Positions 1 to 10,171 are shown, counted from the first letter of the stretch. The stretch: DNA of 64,000 nucleotides from a bacterium (GCA_046483025.1 JAWODZ010000116.1:4302-68301); one strand, 5' to 3'. Translations and numbers: made by a program. Notes: generated by a model from the letters alone, not told the origin.

Positions 1-660
1 ATCCAGAAACTGCCGGGCATCGGATATATCAACAATAACTGCACTCCTGTCCATGGCCCGCACTCCGAATGCAATAGTACCCACAATAGTAAAATTATGC
101 ATTGCCATACTGCCGTACATAGTGGAGCTGATGATAGTCACTTCTTTTCCAGACCGTACATTCAGCTTTTCAGCAAACATTTCACTTATCAGAATCTCCC
201 CATTTTGAGAAGGAATTCTCCCTGACTTCAGTGATTCTTTGAGCTTGAATCTCTGAATCTCAGAGCTCTTATCTGATAACATATCTATTCCCAGACCTGC
301 TGCAGGTCCCTGCTCCCTGGTTTCACCCTGTTCATCAGGTACATCCATCAATCCGGCAAATCGGATACGATTTACCCAACTCATATCAGGGTATGTCTGT
401 TCCAATTTCTCTTTCAGCTCCTCTACTCCCAGCAAAGCCAGATCATTCGGCATTTGTTCCATATTCTCTGCATAAGCTCTGGTTACTATCTTCACATGAC
501 CGGTAGAAAATCTGGCATTATATTTTATAAAATCACTCAAAAAACCCTGAATCCAGCAGTTCATTACCACCGTTAACATAACTCCCCCGGAAACCACAAT
601 AACCGGAAATAGACTCCGCTGTTTATCTCTTAGTATGCCTTTTATTAAAAATTTAAACAT
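1..660 (-). CDS. ABC transporter permease, FtsX/MacB-LolCE type. Start is at 660; the 3' end runs past the window start (partial)
   Basis: Manual minus-strand translation from the ATG at 658-660 gives MFKFLIKGILRDKQRSLFPVIVVSGGVMLTVVMNCWIQGF..., a TM helix followed by a periplasmic domain as in MacB/LolC-type permeases. The frame stays open to position 1. It lies 17 nt downstream of a second FtsX-type permease and an ABC ATPase on the same strand. Confidence 0.55.
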   Translation of the reverse strand, partial: MFKFLIKGILRDKQRSLFPVIVVSGGVMLTVVMNCWIQGFLSDFIKYNARFSTGHVKIVTRAYAENMEQMPNDLALLGVEELKEKLEQTYPDMSWVNRIRFAGLMDVPDEQGETREQGPAAGLGIDMLSDKSSEIQRFKLKESLKSGRIPSQNGEILISEMFAEKLNVRSGKEVTIISSTMYGSMAMHNFTIVGTIAFGVRAMDRSAVIVDISDARQFLD

Positions 661-677
661 TGCTAACCTCTTGAGTG

Positions 678-1850
678 TTATTGGATTTTACCCCTTATAG
701 CCTCAGTCGGATTCATCTTGGTTATTTTTCTGGTTGGAAGGTAACTAACAATCGTAACAGATATAAAAATAATTATTGTTGTACTGATCACCAATCCCAC
801 ACTATAGTAAGGGTATATTTTCGACGCTATAGCCAACCCAAAATCATCTGTGTTTTCAGGAAGCGGAAAACCTTTTACTGCCTGATAGTAAAGAAGCGGA
901 ATCCCGTAAACAGCTCCCATAATTGCAGCTAATACCCCGTGCATAGCACCTTCCACTGTAAAAAGCCTGATGACCTGGCCTCTGGTCATACCCAGGGCAA
1001 TATCTGTTCCGATTTCTCTTTGTCTTCTGAAAACAGACAGGACCTGAGTATCAAATATTGCCAGCAGTGCAAGTAACAGTAAAATTATATATAAAACCAT
1101 ACCTCCGATATTTTTTGACTTTATTATACTGTCAAGATCCTGGAACAGAAAATCATGGTTCTTAAATCCCCAGCCTTTAACCTGTAAATTTACATCAAAA
1201 TTTTTGGAAGCAACCAATAAGGTAGCCTGATCTTGCATATGAGTCATTTTCTGCAGTTTTTGCAACTGCACCCATATTTGTCCGTTATCAACCATAGGAA
1301 CAGTAGAATCAAATATGCCTACGATTTTAGCATCACCGGCATCAAACGTTCCGTTAACATCTCTCCACCGAAGGGTAACGTAATCCCCTTCTTTTAGATA
1401 GGTACTTGAAGCCATTCGTTTGCCGATGAGAGCGGGAATAAAATCTTCTCCGTCTTTCAGAACATGAGAAGGGATTTTCAAAATATTTTGTTCCGGATCA
1501 ATTCCTTTTATCATAACACTCTGCATCCTTCCTTCCGGGTAGATAGTTCCCTGGGTCAGCAATAGAGGAGTCATTTCATCTTTTTTGATCAAAGGCCTGA
1601 ATGCTTCCGGAATTACATCATGACTTTCAGTTATAGTAAAAGGGTCATAAGGATCATAATTTTTCTGCCAGTATTGACCTCCTCCAACCTGCCAGTTGAT
1701 TGTATCACGGCGTGCCTGACGGTTCCATCCTTCTATAATGCCACTGTACCATATTATAATTATATACGAAAGAGAGAGTATAAATACATTCAGCCAGGTT
1801 CTTAGCCCGGCCCCGATAAGGTTTTTAATAGCTAATTTAAAGGCAATCAT
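678..1850 (-). CDS. ABC transporter permease, FtsX/MacB-LolCE family
   Basis: 390-aa ORF with an N-terminal TM helix (LRTWLNVFILSLSYIIIIWYSGII), a large periplasmic domain and a C-terminal 3-TM FtsX-like region (ILLLLALLAIF...GMTRGQV...). It is adjacent to an ABC ATPase. Confidence 0.8.
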   Translation of the reverse strand: MIAFKLAIKNLIGAGLRTWLNVFILSLSYIIIIWYSGIIEGWNRQARRDTINWQVGGGQYWQKNYDPYDPFTITESHDVIPEAFRPLIKKDEMTPLLLTQGTIYPEGRMQSVMIKGIDPEQNILKIPSHVLKDGEDFIPALIGKRMASSTYLKEGDYVTLRWRDVNGTFDAGDAKIVGIFDSTVPMVDNGQIWVQLQKLQKMTHMQDQATLLVASKNFDVNLQVKGWGFKNHDFLFQDLDSIIKSKNIGGMVLYIILLLLALLAIFDTQVLSVFRRQREIGTDIALGMTRGQVIRLFTVEGAMHGVLAAIMGAVYGIPLLYYQAVKGFPLPENTDDFGLAIASKIYPYYSVGLVISTTIIIFISVTIVSYLPTRKITKMNPTEAIRGKIQ

Positions 1851-1870
1851 ATTTTCCTCATTCTCAAAAA

Positions 1871-2566
1871 TTATTTTTTTATTTCATCCTTTGCTACTGA
1901 CCCGTCAAAAAGGGTGATCTTTCTTTTTAAATACTGTATAACCTTTTCATCATGAGTAGCAAAGATAAAAGTAGTGTCCAGTTCCTGATTAAGCTTTACC
2001 ATGGTCTGAAGTATATGATGGGAATTATCAGCATCAAGATTTGCGGTAGGTTCATCGGCGAGAATAATTTCCGGTCTTTTTACAACTGCCCTGGCAATTG
2101 CTACCCGCTGGCATTCACCCCCGGACAACTGGGCAGGTTTGGATTTTTCTTTATCTTTCAAACCCAGCCATTCCAGCGCATCCATAACTGCTTTCTTTCT
2201 TTTTTCTTTCTCCATTTTAAGAAGAAGGAGAGGAAATTCCACATTCTCGAATACTGTATATACCGGAAGAAGATTATAAGTCTGGAAAATAAAACCAAAA
2301 TGCTTATTTCGCAGTTCAGCTGCTTGTTTGTGGGTTAATTTGCCAATTGAAAAATCCAGTACAACCGCTGAACCTTCAGAAGGTGTGTCCAGAGAACCAA
2401 TAATATTCAGCAAAGTAGTTTTTCCTGATCCGCTGGGCCCCACTACGCCGGTAAATTCTTTCTTTTTGAAATTTAAGTTTATATCCTGAAGAGCAGTAAA
2501 TTTCCCTTTTCCCATAGGGAACCGTTTCACTAAATTCTTAATAGAAATAATATTGGAATCTTCCAT
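1871..2566 (-). CDS. ABC transporter ATP-binding protein (LolD/MacB-type)
   Basis: Walker A GPSGSGKTTLLN, ABC signature LSGGECQRVAIARA, Walker B ILADEPT. There is a 20-nt gap to the downstream permease. Confidence 0.9.
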   Translation of the reverse strand: MEDSNIISIKNLVKRFPMGKGKFTALQDINLNFKKKEFTGVVGPSGSGKTTLLNIIGSLDTPSEGSAVVLDFSIGKLTHKQAAELRNKHFGFIFQTYNLLPVYTVFENVEFPLLLLKMEKEKRKKAVMDALEWLGLKDKEKSKPAQLSGGECQRVAIARAVVKRPEIILADEPTANLDADNSHHILQTMVKLNQELDTTFIFATHDEKVIQYLKRKITLFDGSVAKDEIKK

Positions 2567-2600
2567 ATTGTTATCTCTCTTTCTGTTTGTTACTGTTTTC

Positions 2601-2640
2601 CCATCCTGACAGGGTCCTCTTTTTTACCCTGTCAGAGTGG
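2601..2640. repeat. REP-like hairpin (CTGACAGGGT...ACCCTGTCAG), same family as 63265-63298
   Basis: 10-bp stem CTGACAGGGT / ACCCTGTCAG with a 10-nt T-rich loop. It sits between the 3' end of the 2648-3877 gene and the start of the ABC ATPase gene. Confidence 0.6.
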
Positions 2641-2647
2641 TTAATAT

Positions 2648-3877
2648 TTAATGATTAAAAACTACCATAATCTGTAAACCCTTACCAGAGAACAATGAAT
2701 TTTCAGTAAACGAATTATACATCTGAAATTTTTCCGGATTCCAGTACATCATAAGATAGATACTCCATCGGTCATACTGGCGCTGATATCGTAAAAATCT
2801 GTAATAATCTTCATTATCCCAATCATAAAATATGATTCCGGTTACAGTATCCAGTAATCCCAGGGGATAATTCAAGGATAATGCTGAAAAATCAACTCTC
2901 TGATCTGAACCGAACATCTCTTCTGAATACTGGGAAAACAAATGCTCTCCCATAACATGCAGACCATTACCTACCCCAAAGGTATAATCTGCACCCATGG
3001 TAAACATCTGCTGATATTGATAGGGTAAGAGATCCAGATCCCGGTAAATCAATACGCTTTCCAGCCAAATACCTATCTCAATATCCCATTTTCCGTCACA
3101 ACTGTAACGATATTCATTGAAATCATGAAGATCAAAATATTCCTTGAGATTATCCAAAGAAGGTATTTCTGATACATTGGAATTGAAAAATAAGGGAATC
3201 ATTTTCAATCCTTTGCTGATATCAACTTTGCGCTGATGATAGGTAAATCCGACTTCACCCAGAGGAACCGGGCTTTGCAGTCTTCCCCCTTTCTCAGGAT
3301 CAGTATCAGTGGAAGGAAGGATCTCCCATCCTTTACGGTTGTCATTTCCCAGCAATACCCAGAACCAGATATTAGTATTATTCAAAAAATAATAACGCAG
3401 AAGAAGTCCGTATACACCCTCAGTTATCTGCAGTGGATCCCGCGGATCAAGCCGATCAAACCACATAAGAGATCTCAGAAGTGCTGCTGGTCCAAAATTA
3501 ATTTTCTGAAGTCCTATTCGGGTTTCAAACTGGGGAGTAGAATATCTGAGCCAGACTCGATAGAATTTTGATTTGGTCTGATCAGATAATTCCCCTTTTT
3601 CGTTCAGATGAGCAGATGCATACATATTCAAAGAACAGTTCAGATCAAACATTCCGGTTTGGAAAACTGATCGCTGCAGAGCAAGGGATGGGATATAGCG
3701 CATTCCTGCCTGAGGTTGATCAATTCTTTCTAAATTCAAAATATTCCATAAAGAAACCTGACCTTTAAATATTAAAGTCTGTGCTTCTGTATACTGTTTT
3801 ATACAGAAAATTTCTAGGAAAAAAATTATATAAAAAATAAACTTTTTCATACCATTGGATACTCTCATATTATACAA
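2648..3877 (-). CDS. Secreted or outer-membrane hypothetical protein; the true start is probably the internal Met at 3850
   Basis: 409-aa ORF. A signal-peptide-like segment MKKFIFYIIFFLEIFCIKQYTEAQ begins 9 codons in. The sequence is aromatic-rich, with alternating hydrophobic residues consistent with a beta-barrel. No family was recognised. Confidence 0.5.
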   Translation of the reverse strand: MYNMRVSNGMKKFIFYIIFFLEIFCIKQYTEAQTLIFKGQVSLWNILNLERIDQPQAGMRYIPSLALQRSVFQTGMFDLNCSLNMYASAHLNEKGELSDQTKSKFYRVWLRYSTPQFETRIGLQKINFGPAALLRSLMWFDRLDPRDPLQITEGVYGLLLRYYFLNNTNIWFWVLLGNDNRKGWEILPSTDTDPEKGGRLQSPVPLGEVGFTYHQRKVDISKGLKMIPLFFNSNVSEIPSLDNLKEYFDLHDFNEYRYSCDGKWDIEIGIWLESVLIYRDLDLLPYQYQQMFTMGADYTFGVGNGLHVMGEHLFSQYSEEMFGSDQRVDFSALSLNYPLGLLDTVTGIIFYDWDNEDYYRFLRYQRQYDRWSIYLMMYWNPEKFQMYNSFTENSLFSGKGLQIMVVFNH

Positions 3878-4008
3878 ACCATGTAAATAATAAATTAATA
3901 ATTGCTACAATTGATTACAAGTAAAAATAATATTTATTTTTACTGAGTTGAAAATACTTAGATCCAAATGTGGTTTTACAGAAAGACTAAATTTATACAA
4001 AATTAATG

Positions 4009-4830
4009 CTATTTTAAAACTGCAGCAGAAACATATCCTACTGTATACTGTCCCGGAATTTTTTCTCCTGTAACATCTCCGGAATTAGTCTGATGTAAAA
4101 TTTGAATTTCTGAAGCATCAAATCTTTTAGAAATCTCCAATAATATTGAAATTGGAACCTTCCCGCAAATAGAAGTCTCAGGCTCAGACAGAATCTCCTT
4201 GATATTTTTAATATTAAATGTCTTTAGTACTTTTACTGCTCTTTTATCCCTTTCTTTTACTTCCTGATAATCACTAATGTGATGAAAATCACTACTGGCA
4301 ATAATCAAAAAGTTTTTATTTTTTATTATCTCATATAAACTGTTCACTATCTCATTTAAATTAAAAATATCAACCATACTGATCATAATCGGGAGTAATT
4401 TAAATTTTTTTAATGTGTATTGTAAAAATGGAAGCTGTATTTCTAAGGAATGCTCATTATCATCAGCTATAAATTTCAAATCAATTTTATCAGACAATTT
4501 TTTTAAAAAATTTTGTTCTACTTCTACTTCTCCCAAAGGAGTTTCATAGTAGTCTGCGGTGGTGGTCAGATATGACCCGAACGCCATTCTGTGCATAGGA
4601 GAAATAACAACAACCAGATCATATTGGTTATTTTTTATCAGACTGTATCCATATGCAGCAGTCTGTCCGGAAAAGGGAAATCCGGCATGAGGACTAATTA
4701 AACCAATTACTTTTTTATCAATGGAGGATAAATCTACATTACTGAAAAAATCTTCTAAAGTTTGATTGAGTTTTTCCTTAGTACCTGGATACCAGGTTCC
4801 TGCAATAACTGACTTTCTTATTTGAGCCAT
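4009..4830 (-). CDS. MEMO1-family protein (AmmeMemoRadiSam system protein B-like)
   Basis: N-terminus MAQIRKSVIAGTWYPG and the motif ISPHAGFPFSGQTAAYGY are characteristic of the Memo/DUF52 family. 273 aa. There is an 8-nt gap to the upstream GTPase gene. Confidence 0.75.
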   Translation of the reverse strand: MAQIRKSVIAGTWYPGTKEKLNQTLEDFFSNVDLSSIDKKVIGLISPHAGFPFSGQTAAYGYSLIKNNQYDLVVVISPMHRMAFGSYLTTTADYYETPLGEVEVEQNFLKKLSDKIDLKFIADDNEHSLEIQLPFLQYTLKKFKLLPIMISMVDIFNLNEIVNSLYEIIKNKNFLIIASSDFHHISDYQEVKERDKRAVKVLKTFNIKNIKEILSEPETSICGKVPISILLEISKRFDASEIQILHQTNSGDVTGEKIPGQYTVGYVSAAVLK

Positions 4831-4838
4831 AACTACAC

Positions 4839-5822
4839 CTATTTATTATGTATTTCAATGATATCACCATCATTTAAAATATATTCTCTATCCACTCTTT
4901 GTCCGTCATATTTATTACGGCTCCATATACGTGCATATTTCATATTCTCAGCTAACTCTTTATGTATAGCTTCCGCGGCATCATAAACATTCGATCCTCT
5001 CTGCAAAATATATGGTTTGCCAAAGTCTTTTTTCTGACCGGGAGCTTTTGTGTAAATTCTGATGATATTTAATCTTTGAAAAACTGTTGCAGCAAATTGT
5101 TGCGTACCAGAAATATCTTTCAAAGACAAGCAGACACTGGGTATATCATCATCAATGATAGTATTAATATCATTAGGTGAAATATGTGCAATATCACACT
5201 TTGTACCCACAACCAAAGTGCTTTTATATGCATCGGTTCCTTGTGGTCTTTTGTCCCCATCTTTTACAAGATAAATATTATGCTCACCCAATAATTCATT
5301 AATCAACTTATAATCTGCAACAATATCAAAAGAAGTCAAATCCAATAAAACAATAGCCAGATCTGTTAATCGTATTATGTTATGGACATACTGTTCATCA
5401 TATTCCAGAGATATGGGAGGAAGATCAATTATTTGGATATTAATATCTTCATACTGCATCATGCCCTGAAACGGTTTAAAAGTGGAAAAAGGATAATTTG
5501 CTACCTTTGAGTTAACATTAGTAAAATAATTTATTAGTAAAGATTTCCCGGAGTTTGGTAGCCCTACCAGTGAAATCTGTCCTACTCCTTCTCTGGGAAT
5601 ATTATCTAAACTTGCAGTTTGTTTGGTGGCAGATTTTTTCTGGGATAAAGAGGAATACTTAGAAATCTTTTTCTTGATATCTCCTTGTAAATGGTCAGTG
5701 CCTTTATGCTTGGGCATAATGGCTAACATCTCTTTCAATATTTTAACTTTTGCTTTAGGATCACTTTCTTCACGAAATCTTTTTTCAGCAGCATAATAAT
5801 TTGGTGGTAAATTTGCTGGCAT
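4839..5822 (-). CDS. DRG-type (Rbg1/DRG-like) Obg-superfamily GTPase with a C-terminal TGS domain
   Basis: G1 is GLPNSGKS, G3 is IIDLPP and G4 is GTKCD. The N-terminal basic helical region (KAKVKILKEMLAIMPKHKGTDHLQGDIKKK) parallels the DRG N-terminus. The C-terminal RIYTKAPGQKKDFGKPYIL...DGDIIEI matches the TGS domain of DRG proteins. Confidence 0.75.
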   Translation of the reverse strand: MPANLPPNYYAAEKRFREESDPKAKVKILKEMLAIMPKHKGTDHLQGDIKKKISKYSSLSQKKSATKQTASLDNIPREGVGQISLVGLPNSGKSLLINYFTNVNSKVANYPFSTFKPFQGMMQYEDINIQIIDLPPISLEYDEQYVHNIIRLTDLAIVLLDLTSFDIVADYKLINELLGEHNIYLVKDGDKRPQGTDAYKSTLVVGTKCDIAHISPNDINTIIDDDIPSVCLSLKDISGTQQFAATVFQRLNIIRIYTKAPGQKKDFGKPYILQRGSNVYDAAEAIHKELAENMKYARIWSRNKYDGQRVDREYILNDGDIIEIHNK

Positions 5823-5837
5823 AAAAAAATAATATAT

Positions 5838-8800
5838 TTAATGTTGTTCAGTTAATGTAAATTTTTCAATTTTCTTACTTTTCCTATTTAAAACATACAG
5901 TACTGTATTATTCCCAAAACCGTGTGCATATAAATCATAGTATGCACCTTCATTACCTTCAGCAACCTTAACAATAGAATCAAGAAAATTACCATTACTG
6001 TCAACAATTTTTATTCCATATCGGTCAGCAATATATATCAACATATTATTAATGTTATTTACAGTACTTTCAGAAACAGAAATTCTGGTTGGATAAGTAA
6101 GTTTAACCGGTAACCCAACCATGTTATTTCTACCATTTTCTCCAAATACTTTTAAAAAATTCCCATTACTGTCAAAAACAAATATCTGGTGCGCTGCCCA
6201 GTTAACAATATAAATATTGCCTTCAAAGTCAACAGCTATTCCTTCCGGAATAAAAATTTCTCTATACTCTTGAGGAACAGATATATTAAAATCAGTTCGA
6301 TTATTGTCTTGATATTTTGTTAAGGTGGTTGTATCATTTCTTACTCCAAAATAGGCATTGTGAAATTTAGAATAGACAACGTCTCTATAATGAATATTAT
6401 TTTGGAAATCATCTGTGATTATCTCTCTGTTATCACTTAATTTATTTGAGAATAAAATATTCCAGTCATTCCGTTCACTTAAATCAATAATATCTATTTG
6501 CTCTGTGTTTTTAAAATCATTAATTGACAGTCGTGAAGATATATATGATAAAACATATTGTAATCTGACTCTGATCTTTTTTGTCCCAGGTGTGACAAAT
6601 TGTATTTTTTTGTAAACGGGATAGCAATCAGGATTTTTTATTGATAAAATATGTGAAGTATTCAATTTAATTGAATCCTGGGAAAAAATATAATTTTCAA
6701 CTGATTTTATTGCTAAACTATCTAATAATACAGATGGTTTATATACAACTCCCTCCGGACAAATAATTTCTACAACAAAATTTGAAAATAACTCTCCTAT
6801 TCTTTCCTGAATTCCAATATTTATAGTATAAATTCTGCGAGTAAATATTGATTTTTCATAACTGTTGATGGAAGGATAAAAGCTCCTTTTTGGTAATCCA
6901 TATTTTTTGTAATATCGAATTGCCTGGTTAAAATCTTTCTGTTTTAAAAAATCACTGTCTGCAAATTTTTCCATAGAAATAATTTCTTCGTCATCTCCTA
7001 CCAAAAGAGCTTCAGGATAGATAATACTGGAAATATTGATATCATTTAATACTCTTAAATTACCGGTTTCATTAAAATTCTTTGTTCTGTCTAAACCGGC
7101 ATCCGCATTAACGTACCAAAAATTATTTTTTTCCTTTTCACCTATCTTTTCTTTTATACTTTGATAACATCGGTATGAAGCAGCAAAGTTCTCCCTTAGA
7201 CGAAAAATTTCAGATAAATAGTAAGTTGAACGTAAACTATGTTTTTCATTTATTAAGGTGATGAAAATTTCCTGGGCTTTATTAAAAAATCTGTTTTGTT
7301 GACTATTGTTTGCTGAATTTCGAGCTGCTTCAAAAAAACTTCTTGCCCGAATATAATTCCCTTCATATTGATATTTACCTGCCAGATCATTCAACTTTTT
7401 CAATACATCAGCAGCATTTCTGAACAATTTTCTCTTATCATCCTGTGAAGGTTGGATTTCCGCTTCTAAAAATAGTTTTAAACCATCATAAAAAATAATT
7501 CGCTGACCAAGATCAGAAGGTGTGTCTTCCAGACCTTGTTCTAAACTTCTCAGATACTGAAGAAGATTATTTATATGATTTAAAGAACTCTTTCTCTCCT
7601 TCCCCACCACTTTTGTAGCCCGTTCCAACATTTCTTGAATTAAATTAATAACTTTATCTACTACTGCTTTAGTTTTGATTTGCATTCCCTTAGTTTGAAT
7701 AATATCATTGATATTATGTCCCAGACAAATCCTCACTAAACTATGCAGGGTATTTTTTTCTTGTTCGATAGATGAATTTTCGGGGGTAAAATTCTCAAGA
7801 TTATCATTAATCTCTTGTAAAATATTGCTATGCGAAACATTATTATCGAATCTTATAAGTAATTTTCTATAATAAGCAGATTCTCTTAAAAAATTTATTC
7901 GTGAATCTATCAGCAATTCATCTGTGTTTTCTAGATAGTGGTCAAAACTTTCCATTGCATTATGATCATTATTCAAAAATTGTAACCAACCCAGCCAATA
8001 CCAGGCATCAGGAATTATCTGAGCGGCATTTTCAAAGTTAGTTAAGTTAATATTCGATAAGTTATTTAATTGCCTGCTTCCCTCATATATAAAATCTGTC
8101 AGACTATTGATAAAATACTTTTCTCCGGAAAAACCAGAAAGATTCTCCAGTGATGAAATTACATTATTTCTATTCTGACTAGTAGGATTAATAATAAGAT
8201 TATAAAATAATTTATATAATGTTGAATAATCTACAATAAAATTAAATTGATTCTTTAATTGATGATCCACTCCTGATAATAATCTTTGATAATTAATACT
8301 TTTTAAGACATTAAGCGCATTTTCACTATTTCCCTGAATGATATCGATTATTACCTTCTTAAGTAATACATCATTTTTTCTAATGTTGGCAATTACTCTC
8401 TTTTTTTCAGAAATCTGAGGATTAGAAATAATAATCTCAAATAAATTTTCAGAAGAATTTAAATAATCAATAAGATCATCCCAGGAGGGTTCAGGTAGGC
8501 ATATAAGATATTGTACCAGCCTCAAATATGATTCAGCAGTCATAAATACACTATTATTATAAATCATACTACCTGCAGTTTCTGATATCTTGCTAAACTC
8601 GGTCGCACTTTTTATTAAATAAGATACCGGGTTTAAGGACAACTCTGCACTTCTGAAACTACACCACGCTTTTTTATACTGAGGGTTATATTGTGATCCT
8701 TCAATATCAGGTTGCTGTGATGCCTTTTCAAAAAAATCTGTTGCTTTACTGATATAATCCAATGCTGATTGATTACTGATTCCATCACTAAATGATAAAT

Positions 8801-9002
8801 TATAATAACTTTCACCTATAAAATAATAAGCTTTGCCTCGATTAGACTGATATTTTTCAGCATAATTATTCAACAAAGAAATCGCTTCATCAAAATTTCC
8901 TTTATTAAATGATTTCATTGCCTGAGTAGAATATATATCCTGAGAAAATAACTCTAATGTACAAATTAACCAACTAAATAAAAATAAACGAATTAAACGC
9001 AT
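5838..9002 (-). CDS. Large secreted protein with an N-terminal TPR-like region and C-terminal NHL beta-propeller repeats
   Basis: 1054 aa. N-terminal signal peptide MRLIRLFLFSWLICTLELFSQ. TPR-like helices in the first ~600 aa. C-terminus has NHL-type repeats (GIAVDFEGNIYIVNWAAHQIFVFDSNGNFLKVFG; IYIADRYGIKIVDSNGNF). Confidence 0.6.
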   Translation of the reverse strand: MRLIRLFLFSWLICTLELFSQDIYSTQAMKSFNKGNFDEAISLLNNYAEKYQSNRGKAYYFIGESYYNLSFSDGISNQSALDYISKATDFFEKASQQPDIEGSQYNPQYKKAWCSFRSAELSLNPVSYLIKSATEFSKISETAGSMIYNNSVFMTAESYLRLVQYLICLPEPSWDDLIDYLNSSENLFEIIISNPQISEKKRVIANIRKNDVLLKKVIIDIIQGNSENALNVLKSINYQRLLSGVDHQLKNQFNFIVDYSTLYKLFYNLIINPTSQNRNNVISSLENLSGFSGEKYFINSLTDFIYEGSRQLNNLSNINLTNFENAAQIIPDAWYWLGWLQFLNNDHNAMESFDHYLENTDELLIDSRINFLRESAYYRKLLIRFDNNVSHSNILQEINDNLENFTPENSSIEQEKNTLHSLVRICLGHNINDIIQTKGMQIKTKAVVDKVINLIQEMLERATKVVGKERKSSLNHINNLLQYLRSLEQGLEDTPSDLGQRIIFYDGLKLFLEAEIQPSQDDKRKLFRNAADVLKKLNDLAGKYQYEGNYIRARSFFEAARNSANNSQQNRFFNKAQEIFITLINEKHSLRSTYYLSEIFRLRENFAASYRCYQSIKEKIGEKEKNNFWYVNADAGLDRTKNFNETGNLRVLNDINISSIIYPEALLVGDDEEIISMEKFADSDFLKQKDFNQAIRYYKKYGLPKRSFYPSINSYEKSIFTRRIYTINIGIQERIGELFSNFVVEIICPEGVVYKPSVLLDSLAIKSVENYIFSQDSIKLNTSHILSIKNPDCYPVYKKIQFVTPGTKKIRVRLQYVLSYISSRLSINDFKNTEQIDIIDLSERNDWNILFSNKLSDNREIITDDFQNNIHYRDVVYSKFHNAYFGVRNDTTTLTKYQDNNRTDFNISVPQEYREIFIPEGIAVDFEGNIYIVNWAAHQIFVFDSNGNFLKVFGENGRNNMVGLPVKLTYPTRISVSESTVNNINNMLIYIADRYGIKIVDSNGNFLDSIVKVAEGNEGAYYDLYAHGFGNNTVLYVLNRKSKKIEKFTLTEQH

Positions 9003-9023
9003 ATGTACATACCTCGCTATTGT

Positions 9024-9605
9024 TTAATTAATGCTGCCGTATTTTACTAATTCTGACGACAACCCCGGTATATAATATAGCATACCATCTTGAATAGGAA
9101 CAAAATCCGCTATATCAGGATTTCTTTTCAGATCATAACTGTCAATGATTAATTTCTCTTCCTCCGATGGAAGATTAAAATAAAATTGAATATTTCCGTT
9201 TTTATAAAACGTATATCTCCAGGTTGTCATTTTTTTACTTATTATTCTTCCCACATTTGTATGACCAGCATCATCTAATTTCTGTATATAAAAAATTCCA
9301 TTATCATCTATATATCCATCTACTGTAATCGTTGCTGTAGGATCAGTACCCATTAATTGCTGCCAGTCAATTTCAATACTATTTGAAGCTAAATCAATAG
9401 TAAATAATAATGGTTTTCTTTCTGGACCGGTAATAATAATATCTCCTATACCTGGCCTTATTGGTTGAGACAGAGGTGTTTCATCATGTTGAGGTATGTA
9501 CGTATCATTATTTGGAAATTGTTTAAGACAACTGATTACACCAGATATGATTATAAAAGAAATCAATACAATAATGAAAATAATAACTTTTATATATTTT
9601 CTCAT
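9024..9605 (-). CDS. Membrane-anchored hypothetical protein sitting where TonB would be in an exbB-exbD-exbD cluster
   Basis: 193 aa. N-terminal TM helix (VIIFIIVLISFIIISGVI), a short Pro-containing linker and a ~130-aa C-terminal domain. It overlaps the upstream exbD by 4 nt. No clear TonB C-terminal signature. Confidence 0.4.
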   Translation of the reverse strand: MRKYIKVIIFIIVLISFIIISGVISCLKQFPNNDTYIPQHDETPLSQPIRPGIGDIIITGPERKPLLFTIDLASNSIEIDWQQLMGTDPTATITVDGYIDDNGIFYIQKLDDAGHTNVGRIISKKMTTWRYTFYKNGNIQFYFNLPSEEEKLIIDSYDLKRNPDIADFVPIQDGMLYYIPGLSSELVKYGSIN

Positions 9606-10162
9606 AAATCAATCTTTATAGTTTGTTCTTGAGGATTAATCTTGATAGTATTACAATTTAATATATCATTAACTGAACCACCAATACAGCCATATTCGAT
9701 ATTCATTTGCCCTGCAATCTTCGAAATTATATCCATAATCACTCCGCAGGCAAGATCATTGGGAGATCTGATTAAAATAAAATAATGCTCTTCAGGATTT
9801 TGTTGCACTATTTTGTTTACATAGTCGATTTTATGACCGAGTTGATCAATTGACATAGAATTTCTATTATATAATCTGTAAATTATATCCTGAGTAGATA
9901 ATCCACTGAATATACTATTTCTGATAAAATCATAATCTGATTTATCGAGCCAGAATATTGTATTTGAATCTATAATTTGGACTAGTATTTGGGCTGTTCC
10001 TGGTTGATTTTTTGGAGTAGGTAAAAACAACCCTCTCTCTTGCGGCGGTGTCTGAATCACATAACTTGACACCAAAAAAAATATAAAAAGAATAAATATC
10101 ATATCAATTAATGATACCAGTTCTATACTTTCTTTTATTTTAAAACGCTTTTTAAAAGCCAA
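9602..10162 (-). CDS. exbD: ExbD/TolR-family biopolymer transport protein
   Basis: N-terminal ExbD/TolR hallmark SLIDMIFILFIFFLVSS, a single TM helix, and a periplasmic domain of typical length (186 aa). Confidence 0.8.
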   Translation of the reverse strand: MAFKKRFKIKESIELVSLIDMIFILFIFFLVSSYVIQTPPQERGLFLPTPKNQPGTAQILVQIIDSNTIFWLDKSDYDFIRNSIFSGLSTQDIIYRLYNRNSMSIDQLGHKIDYVNKIVQQNPEEHYFILIRSPNDLACGVIMDIISKIAGQMNIEYGCIGGSVNDILNCNTIKINPQEQTIKIDL

Positions 10163-10171
10163 ATTATACCT

